Below, piece after piece: positions 8,408 to 17,706 of a stretch of 64,000 nt of DNA (position 1 is its first letter; every line of letters starts with the position of its first letter). The notes below the pieces were generated by a model. The model did not search any database. It saw only the letters and a program-made list of their open reading frames with translations, and was not told the DNA's origin. Source of the stretch: an uncultured Nitrospiraceae bacterium (GTDB taxonomy: Bacteria; Nitrospirota; Thermodesulfovibrionia; Thermodesulfovibrionales; Dissulfurispiraceae); contig CAVSHF010000003.1 of the NCBI GenBank assembly GCA_963727805.1, forward strand, positions 256,001 through 320,000, in the 5' to 3' direction. Made by a program: the position numbers and the translations under genes.

Positions 8408-9607
8408 ATGAAAAAATGCTATTTTGACCACGCAGCGACAGACCCGTTGCATCCGGCGGTTTTAGAGGCTATGATGCCCTATTTGAAGGAGGAGTTCGGC
8501 AATGCTCTTAGCGTCTATGATCTTGGCACGAGGGCGAGAGACGCTATAGAGAACGCGCGGCAGGAAGTTGCGGGACTGATCAATGCCAAGCCATCGGGTA
8601 TTATATTTACCTCCAGCGGTGTCGAAGCTAACAATACTGCCCTCAGGGGCATCGCTCTGGCCAACCAGGCAAAGGGAAAACATATCATCGTCTCCAAGGC
8701 AGAACATCATTCGATCCTTAACAGCGCGCGCTTCTTGGAAAAGAGCGGGTTTGTTGTAACCTACCTGCCGGTCGATAAATACGGCCTTGTCGATCCCGAA
8801 GTAGTAGCGAATTCGATCACTAAAGAAACGATCCTTATTTCAGTTACTCATGCGAGCCGGGAAATCGGCACGATAGAACCTATAAAAGCTATAGCGGCAA
8901 TTGCAAAAGAAAGAAATATCGTTTTTCATGCGGATGCCGTCGCGACCACGGGGAACATCCCCTTAGATGTCGACGAGCTCGGGGTCGATCTGCTGAGCAT
9001 GACAGCACATCAATTCTACGGACCGAAGGGGGTTGGGGCCCTCTATGTACGTGAAGGGATGCGCCTTGTCCCGCTTATATATGGAGGTATACAGGAAGGC
9101 GGAAGAAGAGCCGGCACAGAAAATGTGGCAGCCATCGTCGGCATGGGGAAAGCTGCTGCTCTTGCGCGTTCTGATATGGCCTCCCGAATGGAGCACTGCG
9201 TAAAATTACGGAATGCATTGATTGAGGGTGTTTTAAAAATTCCCCGTGTTTACCTGACAGGGCATCCCGAGAACAGGCTCCCTAACCATGCGAGCTTCGT
9301 GGTCGAGTACATCGAAGGAGAGGCGATGCTCCTCATGCTTTCAATGAAGGGTATTTACGCCGCCAGCGGATCGGCATGCTCGTCAAAAGCGCTGAAATCC
9401 TCTCCAGTGTTGATGTCGCTTGGTATACCGTCAGCACTGGCGCAGGGTTCCATTGTATTCACCCTTGGAACTGACAATTCCCAAGAGGATGTAGCATACT
9501 TCCTTAATGAGTTCCCTGTTATAATTAAAAGGTTGCGGGAGATGTCTCCCTTTGCGAAAGGGTGGGGCGATGAAGGTCAGGGCGATAAATGTTACGTAGG
9601 AGGATAA
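8408..9607 (+). CDS. iscS: Cysteine desulfurase (IscS/NifS)
   Basis: YFDHAAT, YGPKGVGAL, RAGTENV, SGSACSS; AAGGAG RBS; usual PLP motif HK reads HQ here. Confidence 0.92.
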   Translation: MKKCYFDHAATDPLHPAVLEAMMPYLKEEFGNALSVYDLGTRARDAIENARQEVAGLINAKPSGIIFTSSGVEANNTALRGIALANQAKGKHIIVSKAEHHSILNSARFLEKSGFVVTYLPVDKYGLVDPEVVANSITKETILISVTHASREIGTIEPIKAIAAIAKERNIVFHADAVATTGNIPLDVDELGVDLLSMTAHQFYGPKGVGALYVREGMRLVPLIYGGIQEGGRRAGTENVAAIVGMGKAAALARSDMASRMEHCVKLRNALIEGVLKIPRVYLTGHPENRLPNHASFVVEYIEGEAMLLMLSMKGIYAASGSACSSKALKSSPVLMSLGIPSALAQGSIVFTLGTDNSQEDVAYFLNEFPVIIKRLREMSPFAKGWGDEGQGDKCYVGG

Positions 9608-9611
9608 GGCG

Positions 9612-9983
9612 ATGTATTCTGAAAAAGTGATGGACCATTTCATGAATCCGAGGAATGTCGGCGAAATGCCGGATGCAGACGGTGTTGGCATGGAAGGCAA
9701 TCCCACGTGTGGCGACGCCATGCAGATATTCATAAAGGTTGAAAATGATCGGATTGTTGATGCTAAGTTCAAGACCTTCGGCTGCGGTGCTGCTATAGCC
9801 GTCAGCAGTATGGTTACCGAAATGGTGAAGGGCAAGACCCTCGACGAAGCCCTGAGCATGTCGAAAGAAGCCGTTGCTGCGGAGTTGGGAGGCTTGCCTC
9901 CGCAGAAGATGCATTGTTCAAATCTGGGAGCTGATGCACTCAAAAAGGCTATTGAAGATTACCGGAGTAAGAAAAAATCTTGA
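9612..9983 (+). CDS. iscU: Fe-S scaffold IscU/NifU-N
   Basis: YSEKVMDHF, GNPTCGD, KTFGCG, LPPQKMHCSNL. Confidence 0.95.
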   Translation: MYSEKVMDHFMNPRNVGEMPDADGVGMEGNPTCGDAMQIFIKVENDRIVDAKFKTFGCGAAIAVSSMVTEMVKGKTLDEALSMSKEAVAAELGGLPPQKMHCSNLGADALKKAIEDYRSKKKS

Positions 9984-10044
9984 CAAATCTTGGCCATCGC
10001 TCTAAAATTTGACAAAGCCTAATTATCAGTGAAAGGGGCCGAAA

Positions 10045-11139
10045 ATGGCATATAAGCTCTTGTTGGCGGATGACAGTCAGACCATTCAAAAAGTAGTGGA
10101 GCTTGTCCTCAATCCTGAGGGATTCGATATCATGGCTTATGACGATGGTCAAGAGGCAGTGAAGGCCCTTGAATCTATGATGCCTGATATAGTTCTGGCT
10201 GATATCGAAATGCCAAAATTGAACGGCTATCAATTATGTGAGAAAATCAAGGGAGATGCAGCAACACTTCATGTCCCTGTCATCCTTCTGGCCGGTGCGT
10301 TTGAACCCTTCGATGAAGACTATGCGAAGTCAGTCGGTGCCGATGATTTCATTCTGAAGCCATTCGAGTCTCACGAATTGATAAGCAAAGTCAAATCCCT
10401 CATCAGCCAGCAAGAGACATTGGGAATATCTCCACGGGCGAGTGCGGAGAGCATGACCGCCGAGACATCAAAAATACCGGAGTTCGAGCCGGTTGCAGCA
10501 GCGCCCGTACAGGAAACAGAATGGGCAGAAAGCTTCACTTTTGACCAGGAAGAAGAGTTTGCGCTACCCTTAGAAAAAGATGTTATGGTAACACTTTCTC
10601 CAGGAGTGAAGGCATTTGATGAGGAACTCATGGAGAGCTTTCAGGCAATTGAAGATGAGAGCAAAGCAGCATCTGGCGTTGCGGCTGGAGGCGAATCGAA
10701 GGAAATCTCCATAGAAGAGATATCGAAGATGGTGAAAGAAGCTATGGGGGAACCGATATCGTCCCTGGCGGAACAGGAACCCTCAGCACCACGAGGGAAA
10801 ATCACTCCCGTTGGGATTTCGGAGATGAGCACGACGGCTATTGATGATCTCGTTCAGGATTCTGTACACTATCAGACTGGCACTTTGAAAAGCGTCGTCG
10901 ACACGGCAGTCAGGGAAAGAATCCAAGAAATTCTTCCGTCGATTCTTAAGGATTCTGTTGAACGGGCGGTATCCGACACGGTCCCGAATCTGCTTGAGGA
11001 GGCGTTGCGGGCATCGCTGAAGGAGATAACCGGTTTTCTTCATACCGCGATCAACGACGAAATAAAGAAGGTAGTTCCCGATCTTGCGGAATCAATCATC
11101 AAGCGGGAAATCGAGAAGATAACTTCCGAGCTTGCTTAG
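10045..11139 (+). CDS. romR: RomR-like response regulator (REC, acidic linker, helical C-terminus)
   Basis: Receiver LLADDS...DIEMP...KPF; C-term VVPDLAESIIKREIEKI resembles the RomR-C motif; directly upstream of valS. Confidence 0.65.
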   Translation: MAYKLLLADDSQTIQKVVELVLNPEGFDIMAYDDGQEAVKALESMMPDIVLADIEMPKLNGYQLCEKIKGDAATLHVPVILLAGAFEPFDEDYAKSVGADDFILKPFESHELISKVKSLISQQETLGISPRASAESMTAETSKIPEFEPVAAAPVQETEWAESFTFDQEEEFALPLEKDVMVTLSPGVKAFDEELMESFQAIEDESKAASGVAAGGESKEISIEEISKMVKEAMGEPISSLAEQEPSAPRGKITPVGISEMSTTAIDDLVQDSVHYQTGTLKSVVDTAVRERIQEILPSILKDSVERAVSDTVPNLLEEALRASLKEITGFLHTAINDEIKKVVPDLAESIIKREIEKITSELA

Positions 11140-11244
11140 CAGGCCCGTTTGCTAACCTCCAGAAGAGCCGATATATTCCTGCCCCTCGTCAAAATACGAT
11201 TAAAGATAATAAGTTAATGCGATAATAAATATAACGGGAACAGC

Positions 11245-14067
11245 ATGAATGAACTGAAAAAGAGTTACACTCCTGACGAAATTGAAGACAAGTGGTACAG
11301 TCTTTGGGAAAAGCAAGAATATTTCAGACCTGATCCGGAAGCTGAGGGAGCTGCTTTCAGTATCGTTATACCGCCTCCAAATGTTACCGGGTCGCTGCAT
11401 ATGGGCCATGCGCTGAATGCAACACTGCAGGACATCCTTTCACGGTGGAACCGGATGCGGGGTAATAAGGTTTTGTGGCTTCCCGGCATGGATCATGCGG
11501 GCATAGCGACACAGAATATTGTCGAGAAAGAGCTAGCCAAAGAGGGACTGGACCGTCATAAGCTTGGGAGGGACCAATTTATTGAGAGGGTCTGGAAGTG
11601 GAAGGGCGAGTATGGCGGTAGGATTATCCATCAGCTCAAGAAGCTTGGGGCCTCCTGCGACTGGTCGAAGGAACGCTTCACCCTCGACGAAGGTTTGTCG
11701 AAGGCTGTACGGGAGGTTTTTGTCAGACTCTTTGAAGAGAGTCTTATCTACCGCGATAGCAGGCTTATTAATTGGTGCCCGCGCTGCCATACGGCGCTTT
11801 CCGACTTAGAAGTGGAATATGAGGACATCGAGGGGAAATTATATTATTTAAAATATCCGCTGGCGGATGGCCTGCACTCTCTTACTGTTGCCACGACAAG
11901 GCCCGAAACTATGCTTGGAGATACTGCCGTTGCCGTCCATCCCGAAGATGAAAGATATCGGCGTTTTATCAATAAGGTTGTTGATCTCCCCCTCACCGGC
12001 AGGAAGGTTCCCGTCATCGCCGATACCATGGTCGATCCAACTTTTGGAACAGGTGCAGTGAAAGTAACGCCCGCACATGACTTCAACGATGAAGCTACGG
12101 GCAAACGACACAACCTTTCTTTCATCAGCGTCATAAATGAGGACGGTCGTATGAGCGCGGATGCCGGAGATCGGTATAACGGTCTTGATCGTTACGCTGG
12201 CAGAAAAAAAGTGCTTGAAGACCTTAAGGAACTCGATCTATTGGAAGGGGAAAAGAAGCATCGCCATTCCGTAGGACATTGCTACCGTTGCAAAACAGTA
12301 ATAGAACCGCTGCTTACGATTCAATGGTATGTGCGTGTCGAGTCTCTGGCCGCGGAGGCTGTGAAAGCGGTAGAAAATAAAAACATTAGCATCATACCCG
12401 ATTCGTGGGAGAACAACTACTTCGCTTGGATGAGGGACATAAATGACTGGTGCATATCGCGCCAGATCTGGTGGGGGCACCGAATACCCGTTTGGTACTG
12501 TCCTGATTGCAAGACTGCCGAGGGGATCTCCCAAGGTGACCTGATAGAGCATATCTTCTTCGAGCCGATAACGGTTTCAGACCGAATTGCGATTCAATCA
12601 GGCACGTATTCTGAACTGAGGCGATTAGGACTGTCCAAAGATGAAATAGTTAATAACTCCAAGATAGTCCGGGTCCCCAAAAATGTGAGATCGGTATGCA
12701 GTAGAGAGGATATCGAAACGTGTCCTGAATGCGGCGGCGAGGTTATCCGGGATCCCGATGTGCTCGACACTTGGTTCTCGTCGGCTCTCTGGCCTTTTTC
12801 TACTTTGGGATGGCCTGAGCAAACTGAGGACCTTTCGACTTTTTATCCGACGAGCGTGCTTGTCACTGGGTTCGATATCCTTTTCTTCTGGGTTGCGCGT
12901 ATGGTTATGATGGGGCTCAAATTTATGGGGAAAGTGCCCTTCAGGGATGTTTATATTCACGCCCTTGTCCGTGATGCGAAAGGCCAGAAGATGAGCAAAT
13001 CGAAAGGTAACGTCATCGACCCTCTTATAATGATAGACAAGTACGGGGCCGATGCATTCAGGTTTTCACTTGCCGCATTTGCTGCCCAAGGAAGAGATGT
13101 GCGTTTTTCCGAAGAACGAGTCGAGGGCTATCGCTACTTCATTAATAAACTCTGGAACGCGTCGAAATTTATGCTTGTCTACAAAGCGGCATGGACAAGG
13201 CAGTCGGTGAGCGTCGGGGATACTCGACTCGATCTTGGGAGCAGATGGATACTGAGTAGGCTTGCGGCAGCGACTGAGGAGGTGCACAGGAACCTCGAAA
13301 TCTACCGATTTAACGATGCGGCGAATGCGGTATATCAGTTCCTGTGGCATGAATTCTGCGACTGGTATCTGGAAATGTCGAAGCCCCTTCTTTACAATGA
13401 GGAAAAAACAGAGCGGATCGGGGTCATCAACTGCCTCTACTTTGTCTTCGAGAAGGTTCTTCAGCTTCTCCATCCATTCATGCCGTTTGTGACCGAAGAG
13501 TTGTGGAGCACGGTCCTTGAAAAGGAAGGGAGCATTATGATGTCTCGCTTTGGCGATGCCCCGATGAGGGATATTGATGCTGAGCAAAAAATGGGTTATA
13601 TGATCGATGCGGTAACGGGAATACGGAGTATCAGAGGGGAGTTGAATATCTCACCTTCTGTTGAGGTTAGGGCCGCTATCAGGACAGACTCGCGAGATGT
13701 TGAGACGCTCTTCAGTGAGAATATTGAAATATTTAAGAAGATGGCGAGATGCAAAGAGCTGCAGATTGGTCGCGATATAAAGCGGCCCAAGGGTTCGGCT
13801 ATTGCTGTTATGAATGAAATGGATATCTATATTCCCATGGAAGGACTCCTTGATGTCGGAGCTGAAATAGCACGACTTCAAAAAGAGATCGCCAAAGTGG
13901 AAAGCTCGCTTGTGTTTATCAATAAGAAGCTACAGAACGGTGATTATATGAATAATGCGCCGAAAGAGGTTGTCGAAAAAGAACGGGCGAAGTTCGATGA
14001 TCTCGTACAGAAGGAGCAGAAGATCGAAGAGAACCTGAAACTTCTGCGGTCGATTGACCATGAATAA
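11245..14067 (+). CDS. valS: Valyl-tRNA synthetase
   Basis: PPPNVTGSLHMGH, WCISRQIWWGH, KMSKSKGN, C-terminal coiled coil. Confidence 0.99.
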   Translation: MNELKKSYTPDEIEDKWYSLWEKQEYFRPDPEAEGAAFSIVIPPPNVTGSLHMGHALNATLQDILSRWNRMRGNKVLWLPGMDHAGIATQNIVEKELAKEGLDRHKLGRDQFIERVWKWKGEYGGRIIHQLKKLGASCDWSKERFTLDEGLSKAVREVFVRLFEESLIYRDSRLINWCPRCHTALSDLEVEYEDIEGKLYYLKYPLADGLHSLTVATTRPETMLGDTAVAVHPEDERYRRFINKVVDLPLTGRKVPVIADTMVDPTFGTGAVKVTPAHDFNDEATGKRHNLSFISVINEDGRMSADAGDRYNGLDRYAGRKKVLEDLKELDLLEGEKKHRHSVGHCYRCKTVIEPLLTIQWYVRVESLAAEAVKAVENKNISIIPDSWENNYFAWMRDINDWCISRQIWWGHRIPVWYCPDCKTAEGISQGDLIEHIFFEPITVSDRIAIQSGTYSELRRLGLSKDEIVNNSKIVRVPKNVRSVCSREDIETCPECGGEVIRDPDVLDTWFSSALWPFSTLGWPEQTEDLSTFYPTSVLVTGFDILFFWVARMVMMGLKFMGKVPFRDVYIHALVRDAKGQKMSKSKGNVIDPLIMIDKYGADAFRFSLAAFAAQGRDVRFSEERVEGYRYFINKLWNASKFMLVYKAAWTRQSVSVGDTRLDLGSRWILSRLAAATEEVHRNLEIYRFNDAANAVYQFLWHEFCDWYLEMSKPLLYNEEKTERIGVINCLYFVFEKVLQLLHPFMPFVTEELWSTVLEKEGSIMMSRFGDAPMRDIDAEQKMGYMIDAVTGIRSIRGELNISPSVEVRAAIRTDSRDVETLFSENIEIFKKMARCKELQIGRDIKRPKGSAIAVMNEMDIYIPMEGLLDVGAEIARLQKEIAKVESSLVFINKKLQNGDYMNNAPKEVVEKERAKFDDLVQKEQKIEENLKLLRSIDHE

Positions 14068-14079
14068 AGGGGGTGTGCC

Positions 14080-14562
14080 ATGGAAAAATATGTAGTGGAT
14101 ATGGAAGGTAAAGACTTCGACCTTGTCGAGGCTGAATTCATTAATATACGGCAGAGTACGATCAGGGCCGTGGAGGGTGGGCATATCGAACTGCAGCAGG
14201 TCGGTGCCTTGAGCATTGACGGTGAACGAATAGAGGTTACCCAAGGCGCTTCGCTGTTGATGAGAGGGACGAATCTATCCCTAAACCAGAGTGTTGGGGT
14301 CGTCACAGCCGGCAATGAAACTACCCTGAATTTTTCATGCACCCCCATTTCCGTCTCGGTTGAGGAAGCGACTGCCAACAGGTGCGCGGTGGGTATAATG
14401 GCTGCAAAAAATATGACCTCCAAGAACAGCGCTTCAATTTTAATGATAGGACAAAATATTAGCGGCGATGTGACCACGCTTCTGGACTGGCGTTCAGCCC
14501 TTGCTATCGGAGCAGTCGCCGGAGGAATCTTCGGACTTTTTTCACTCCTCAAGCAGAGATAG
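14080..14562 (+). CDS. Hypothetical protein, beta-repeat-like, C-terminal TM helix
   Basis: 160-aa ORF with RBS between valS and nadC. Confidence 0.7.
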   Translation: MEKYVVDMEGKDFDLVEAEFINIRQSTIRAVEGGHIELQQVGALSIDGERIEVTQGASLLMRGTNLSLNQSVGVVTAGNETTLNFSCTPISVSVEEATANRCAVGIMAAKNMTSKNSASILMIGQNISGDVTTLLDWRSALAIGAVAGGIFGLFSLLKQR

Positions 14563-14598
14563 GTGTTCCCTTCTATCACAGGGATGGGATATTAAACA

Positions 14599-15438
14599 AT
14601 GTGGATTAGAGCCAAAGATGTCGTCCGCTCTGCCCTCGAAGAAGACCTTGGGCATGGGGATATCACTTCGTCTCTAATAATTGGTGACGAGAAAGCGAAC
14701 GCACATATTATCGCCAAGGAAGCCTTTATCCTCGCGGGGATGCCGTTCCTCGCCGAGGTTTTTGATAGCATTGCCAGAGAAGTGAAGATAGATCTCCTTT
14801 TTGCCGAAGGCGCACATGTGAAGAAAGGAGATATCCTTGCGCGGCTTTCGGGATTGGCAAAAAGCCTCCTCGCCGGAGAGCGGGTTGCGCTTAACATCCT
14901 CCAGCACCTATCAGGTATCGCCACGACCACGGGCAACTTTGTCGAAAAGGTAAAGGACCTACCGGTACGGATTGTCGATACGAGAAAGACGACGCCGGGC
15001 ATGAGACTGCTGGAAAAATACGCAGTTACAGTCGGAGGCGGAGCGAACCATCGTTTTGGACTCTATGACGGCATTTTGATCAAGGATAATCACATTAAAA
15101 TTGCCGGAGGGGTAAAACAGGCGATAGGACTCACAAAAAAGGCACCTCATCTCCTTAAAATCGAGGTCGAAGTCAAAGATATGGATGAGCTGAAGGCGGC
15201 ACTTGATGCGGGAGCTGATGTCATCATGCTCGATAACATGTCCGTCGTGGACATGCAGACGGCCGTGAAAATCGCTCGTGCTTGCAATAATAATATTCTC
15301 CTTGAAGCCTCGGGGAATGTGAATCTGCAGAATGTTAGAGATATAGCTGAAACGGGAGTCGATATTATTTCCGTTGGCGCGATTACTCATTCCGCCAGGG
15401 CTGTGGACATTAGCATGAAAATAATCGATACTCACTAA
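14599..15438 (+). CDS. nadC: Nicotinate-nucleotide diphosphorylase (carboxylating)
   Basis: DTRKTTPG, NHRFGL, IKDNH, IMLDNM, EASGN. Confidence 0.97.
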   Translation: MWIRAKDVVRSALEEDLGHGDITSSLIIGDEKANAHIIAKEAFILAGMPFLAEVFDSIAREVKIDLLFAEGAHVKKGDILARLSGLAKSLLAGERVALNILQHLSGIATTTGNFVEKVKDLPVRIVDTRKTTPGMRLLEKYAVTVGGGANHRFGLYDGILIKDNHIKIAGGVKQAIGLTKKAPHLLKIEVEVKDMDELKAALDAGADVIMLDNMSVVDMQTAVKIARACNNNILLEASGNVNLQNVRDIAETGVDIISVGAITHSARAVDISMKIIDTH

Positions 15439-15450
15439 CATGGAGAGAAA

Positions 15451-16479
15451 ATGACGAGACTGACCTATAAGAAAGCGGGGGTGGATGTCGAGGAAGGTGA
15501 CCGTTTTGTCAAACTCATTTCCCCCATCGTCAAAAAGACCTTCAGGCCTGAAGTAATGACCGATATAGGGTCTTTTGGGGCGCTCTTCGCCCTCAAGAAA
15601 TATCAGAATCCTGTCCTTGTGAGCGGCACGGACGGGGTCGGCACGAAACTGAAGATAGCCTTCATGACCGGCCGGCATGACACGGTTGGTATCGATCTAG
15701 TAGCTATGTGCGTCAACGACATTTTAACGTCGGGAGCCGAACCTCTTTTCTTCCTCGATTATTTTGCCACCGGGAAGCTGCGTTCGGATAAGGCAAAGGC
15801 TGTAGTAAGCGGCATTGCCGCGGGATGCCGGGAAGCGGGCTGTGCTCTCATTGGTGGGGAGACGGCTGAGATGCCAGGTTTCTATAAGCAAGATGAATAT
15901 GACCTCGCCGGTTTTTCTGTCGGGGTTGTCGAAAAGAAAGGGATAATTGACGGATCGGCAATAAAAGAGGGTGATGCACTCATAGGGATCGCATCGAGTG
16001 GTCTTCATAGCAATGGGTATTCACTGGCGAGGAAAGTCTTTTTTGAGAAGGAACGTTTGAAAATCGGCAGTTATGTCCCCGAGTTGCAGTCCACCGTCGG
16101 CGAAGAGCTGCTAAAGCCGACACGCATCTATGTTAAAGTTTTTCAGTCTGTCAAAGAAAAATATCATGTCAAAGGCATGGCCCATATCACCGGAGGGGGG
16201 ATTCCCGGCAACCTTCCGAGGATATTCAACAAGAAACTTACGGCGATCATTCAAGACGGCTCGTGGCCCGTACCGCCTGTTTTCGAACTTATCCGAAAGC
16301 TTGGTCGTGTGCCGGTTGCGGACATGAGAAAGACCTTTAACATGGGAGTCGGATATGTTATAGTAGTTGAGGGCAAGAGCGCCAGCTCTGCTGTTACCTT
16401 GTTGAACAAATACGGTTATCCAGCTTATCTTATCGGTACCATCGAGAAAGGAGGTCGAGAAAGAATACGCTATGTATAA
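15451..16479 (+). CDS. purM: Phosphoribosylformylglycinamidine cyclo-ligase
   Basis: YKKAGVD, TDGVGTK, GGETAEMPG, SSGLHSNG, HITGGG, TFNMGVG. Confidence 0.98.
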   Translation: MTRLTYKKAGVDVEEGDRFVKLISPIVKKTFRPEVMTDIGSFGALFALKKYQNPVLVSGTDGVGTKLKIAFMTGRHDTVGIDLVAMCVNDILTSGAEPLFFLDYFATGKLRSDKAKAVVSGIAAGCREAGCALIGGETAEMPGFYKQDEYDLAGFSVGVVEKKGIIDGSAIKEGDALIGIASSGLHSNGYSLARKVFFEKERLKIGSYVPELQSTVGEELLKPTRIYVKVFQSVKEKYHVKGMAHITGGGIPGNLPRIFNKKLTAIIQDGSWPVPPVFELIRKLGRVPVADMRKTFNMGVGYVIVVEGKSASSAVTLLNKYGYPAYLIGTIEKGGRERIRYV

Positions 16480-17341
16480 GTTCAAAAGATTCATAAAGAA
16501 GCTCTTCACTCCCGTTTCGATCATGATGGTCCCTCATGACAGCAAGAAAACGATCAACATCAAGGTCCCCTCCATCGGCATTGGCATCTCGATTATTTTA
16601 TGGTTTATCGGGTCAATGTATATGATTTCAATTGCTATCGATGCATTCGAATACCAGAGAATGAAGAGCACACTAAATTACTATACCGCACAGTTCACCG
16701 AGCTGAAATCGACCATGGTTATGCTGAAGAGCGCTGAGACGCAATTCAAAAGCATTTTATCACGAGGTGGCAAGACTGAGATACTCGAGCATATTGATAC
16801 AAAAACAGCCACGTCGGACACCGGCTCGCTCGACATGGAGGAACTGAAAGAGCAGATTAAAAAGACCGCCGAATCTGTGGCGTCGATACAGGCATATCTG
16901 AAGGAACAAAGGGATATTTATGTCTCGACCCCGACCGGGTGGCCTGTTGCCGGAGCGATTACGTCACCCTTTGGTGAAAGGGATGCACCCTTTGGGGGAG
17001 GCAAGCAGTTTCATACGGGTATTGATATTTCAGTCCCATCGGGCACGCCCGTTAAGGCGACCGCCGACGGAGTCATCAGCTTTGCAGGATGGAATGCGGG
17101 CAGCGGCAATCTCGTGGTCGTTGAACATGGTGCCGGATATTCGACTTTGTATGCCCATAACGGTTCAATTGCCGTGAAGGTCGGGCAGCGGATCAAGAGG
17201 GGAGATATCATCTCCTATTCCGGCTCAACAGGTAATTCAACGGGCCCTCATGTGCATTACGAAGTATGGCAACAAGGCAGGGCCGTGAATCCGAAGGGAT
17301 TCCTGGAGGTCGCACGTGATGTTTCAAAAGAAAAACGATAA
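16472..17341 (+). CDS. M23 family metallopeptidase
   Basis: HTGIDI, YAH, STGPHVHYEV; N-terminal TM and coiled coil. Confidence 0.93.
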   Translation: MYKFKRFIKKLFTPVSIMMVPHDSKKTINIKVPSIGIGISIILWFIGSMYMISIAIDAFEYQRMKSTLNYYTAQFTELKSTMVMLKSAETQFKSILSRGGKTEILEHIDTKTATSDTGSLDMEELKEQIKKTAESVASIQAYLKEQRDIYVSTPTGWPVAGAITSPFGERDAPFGGGKQFHTGIDISVPSGTPVKATADGVISFAGWNAGSGNLVVVEHGAGYSTLYAHNGSIAVKVGQRIKRGDIISYSGSTGNSTGPHVHYEVWQQGRAVNPKGFLEVARDVSKEKR

Positions 17342-17690
17342 ACTGGAGTCGTTCATAGGCGTCAATTCCGAATTTAAGGGAGACATCACCGTTCCCGGGA
17401 CGCTGAGGATTGACGGAAAGATAACCGGAAATGTCACCGCCGGATGGATCATTGTGGGTGAGAAGGCCTTTATCAAGGGCGATCTTTTTGCAACCGGGAT
17501 TGTGGTGGGAGGGCGGGTTGAAGGAACGATTAAGGCGGATGATATTGTCGAACTTAAGCCAACTGCTCATCTTTATGGCGATATCATTTCATCGAAGCTT
17601 GCCATTGCCGAAGGAGGCATTTTTATGGGACGCTCAGTCACCCAGGGTAGCGAAGCGAAGCTTATAGATTTTTCGGGAGAAGGGGCATAA
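17316..17690 (+). CDS. Bactofilin (polymer-forming cytoskeletal protein)
   Basis: IGVNSEFKGDI...LRIDGKITGNV...LAIAEGGIFMG; classic pairing with M23 peptidase. Confidence 0.93.
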   Translation: MMFQKKNDKLESFIGVNSEFKGDITVPGTLRIDGKITGNVTAGWIIVGEKAFIKGDLFATGIVVGGRVEGTIKADDIVELKPTAHLYGDIISSKLAIAEGGIFMGRSVTQGSEAKLIDFSGEGA

Positions 17691-17706
17691 ATAGGCCTCC
17701 CGATGA

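Noticed and set aside
12511..12720. Intein in valS
   Set aside because: Too short and lacks Cys/Ser start with His-Asn end
5585..16524. Many antisense ORFs of 60-240 aa over core genes
   Set aside because: Shadow frames of well-supported genes with no motifs or RBS
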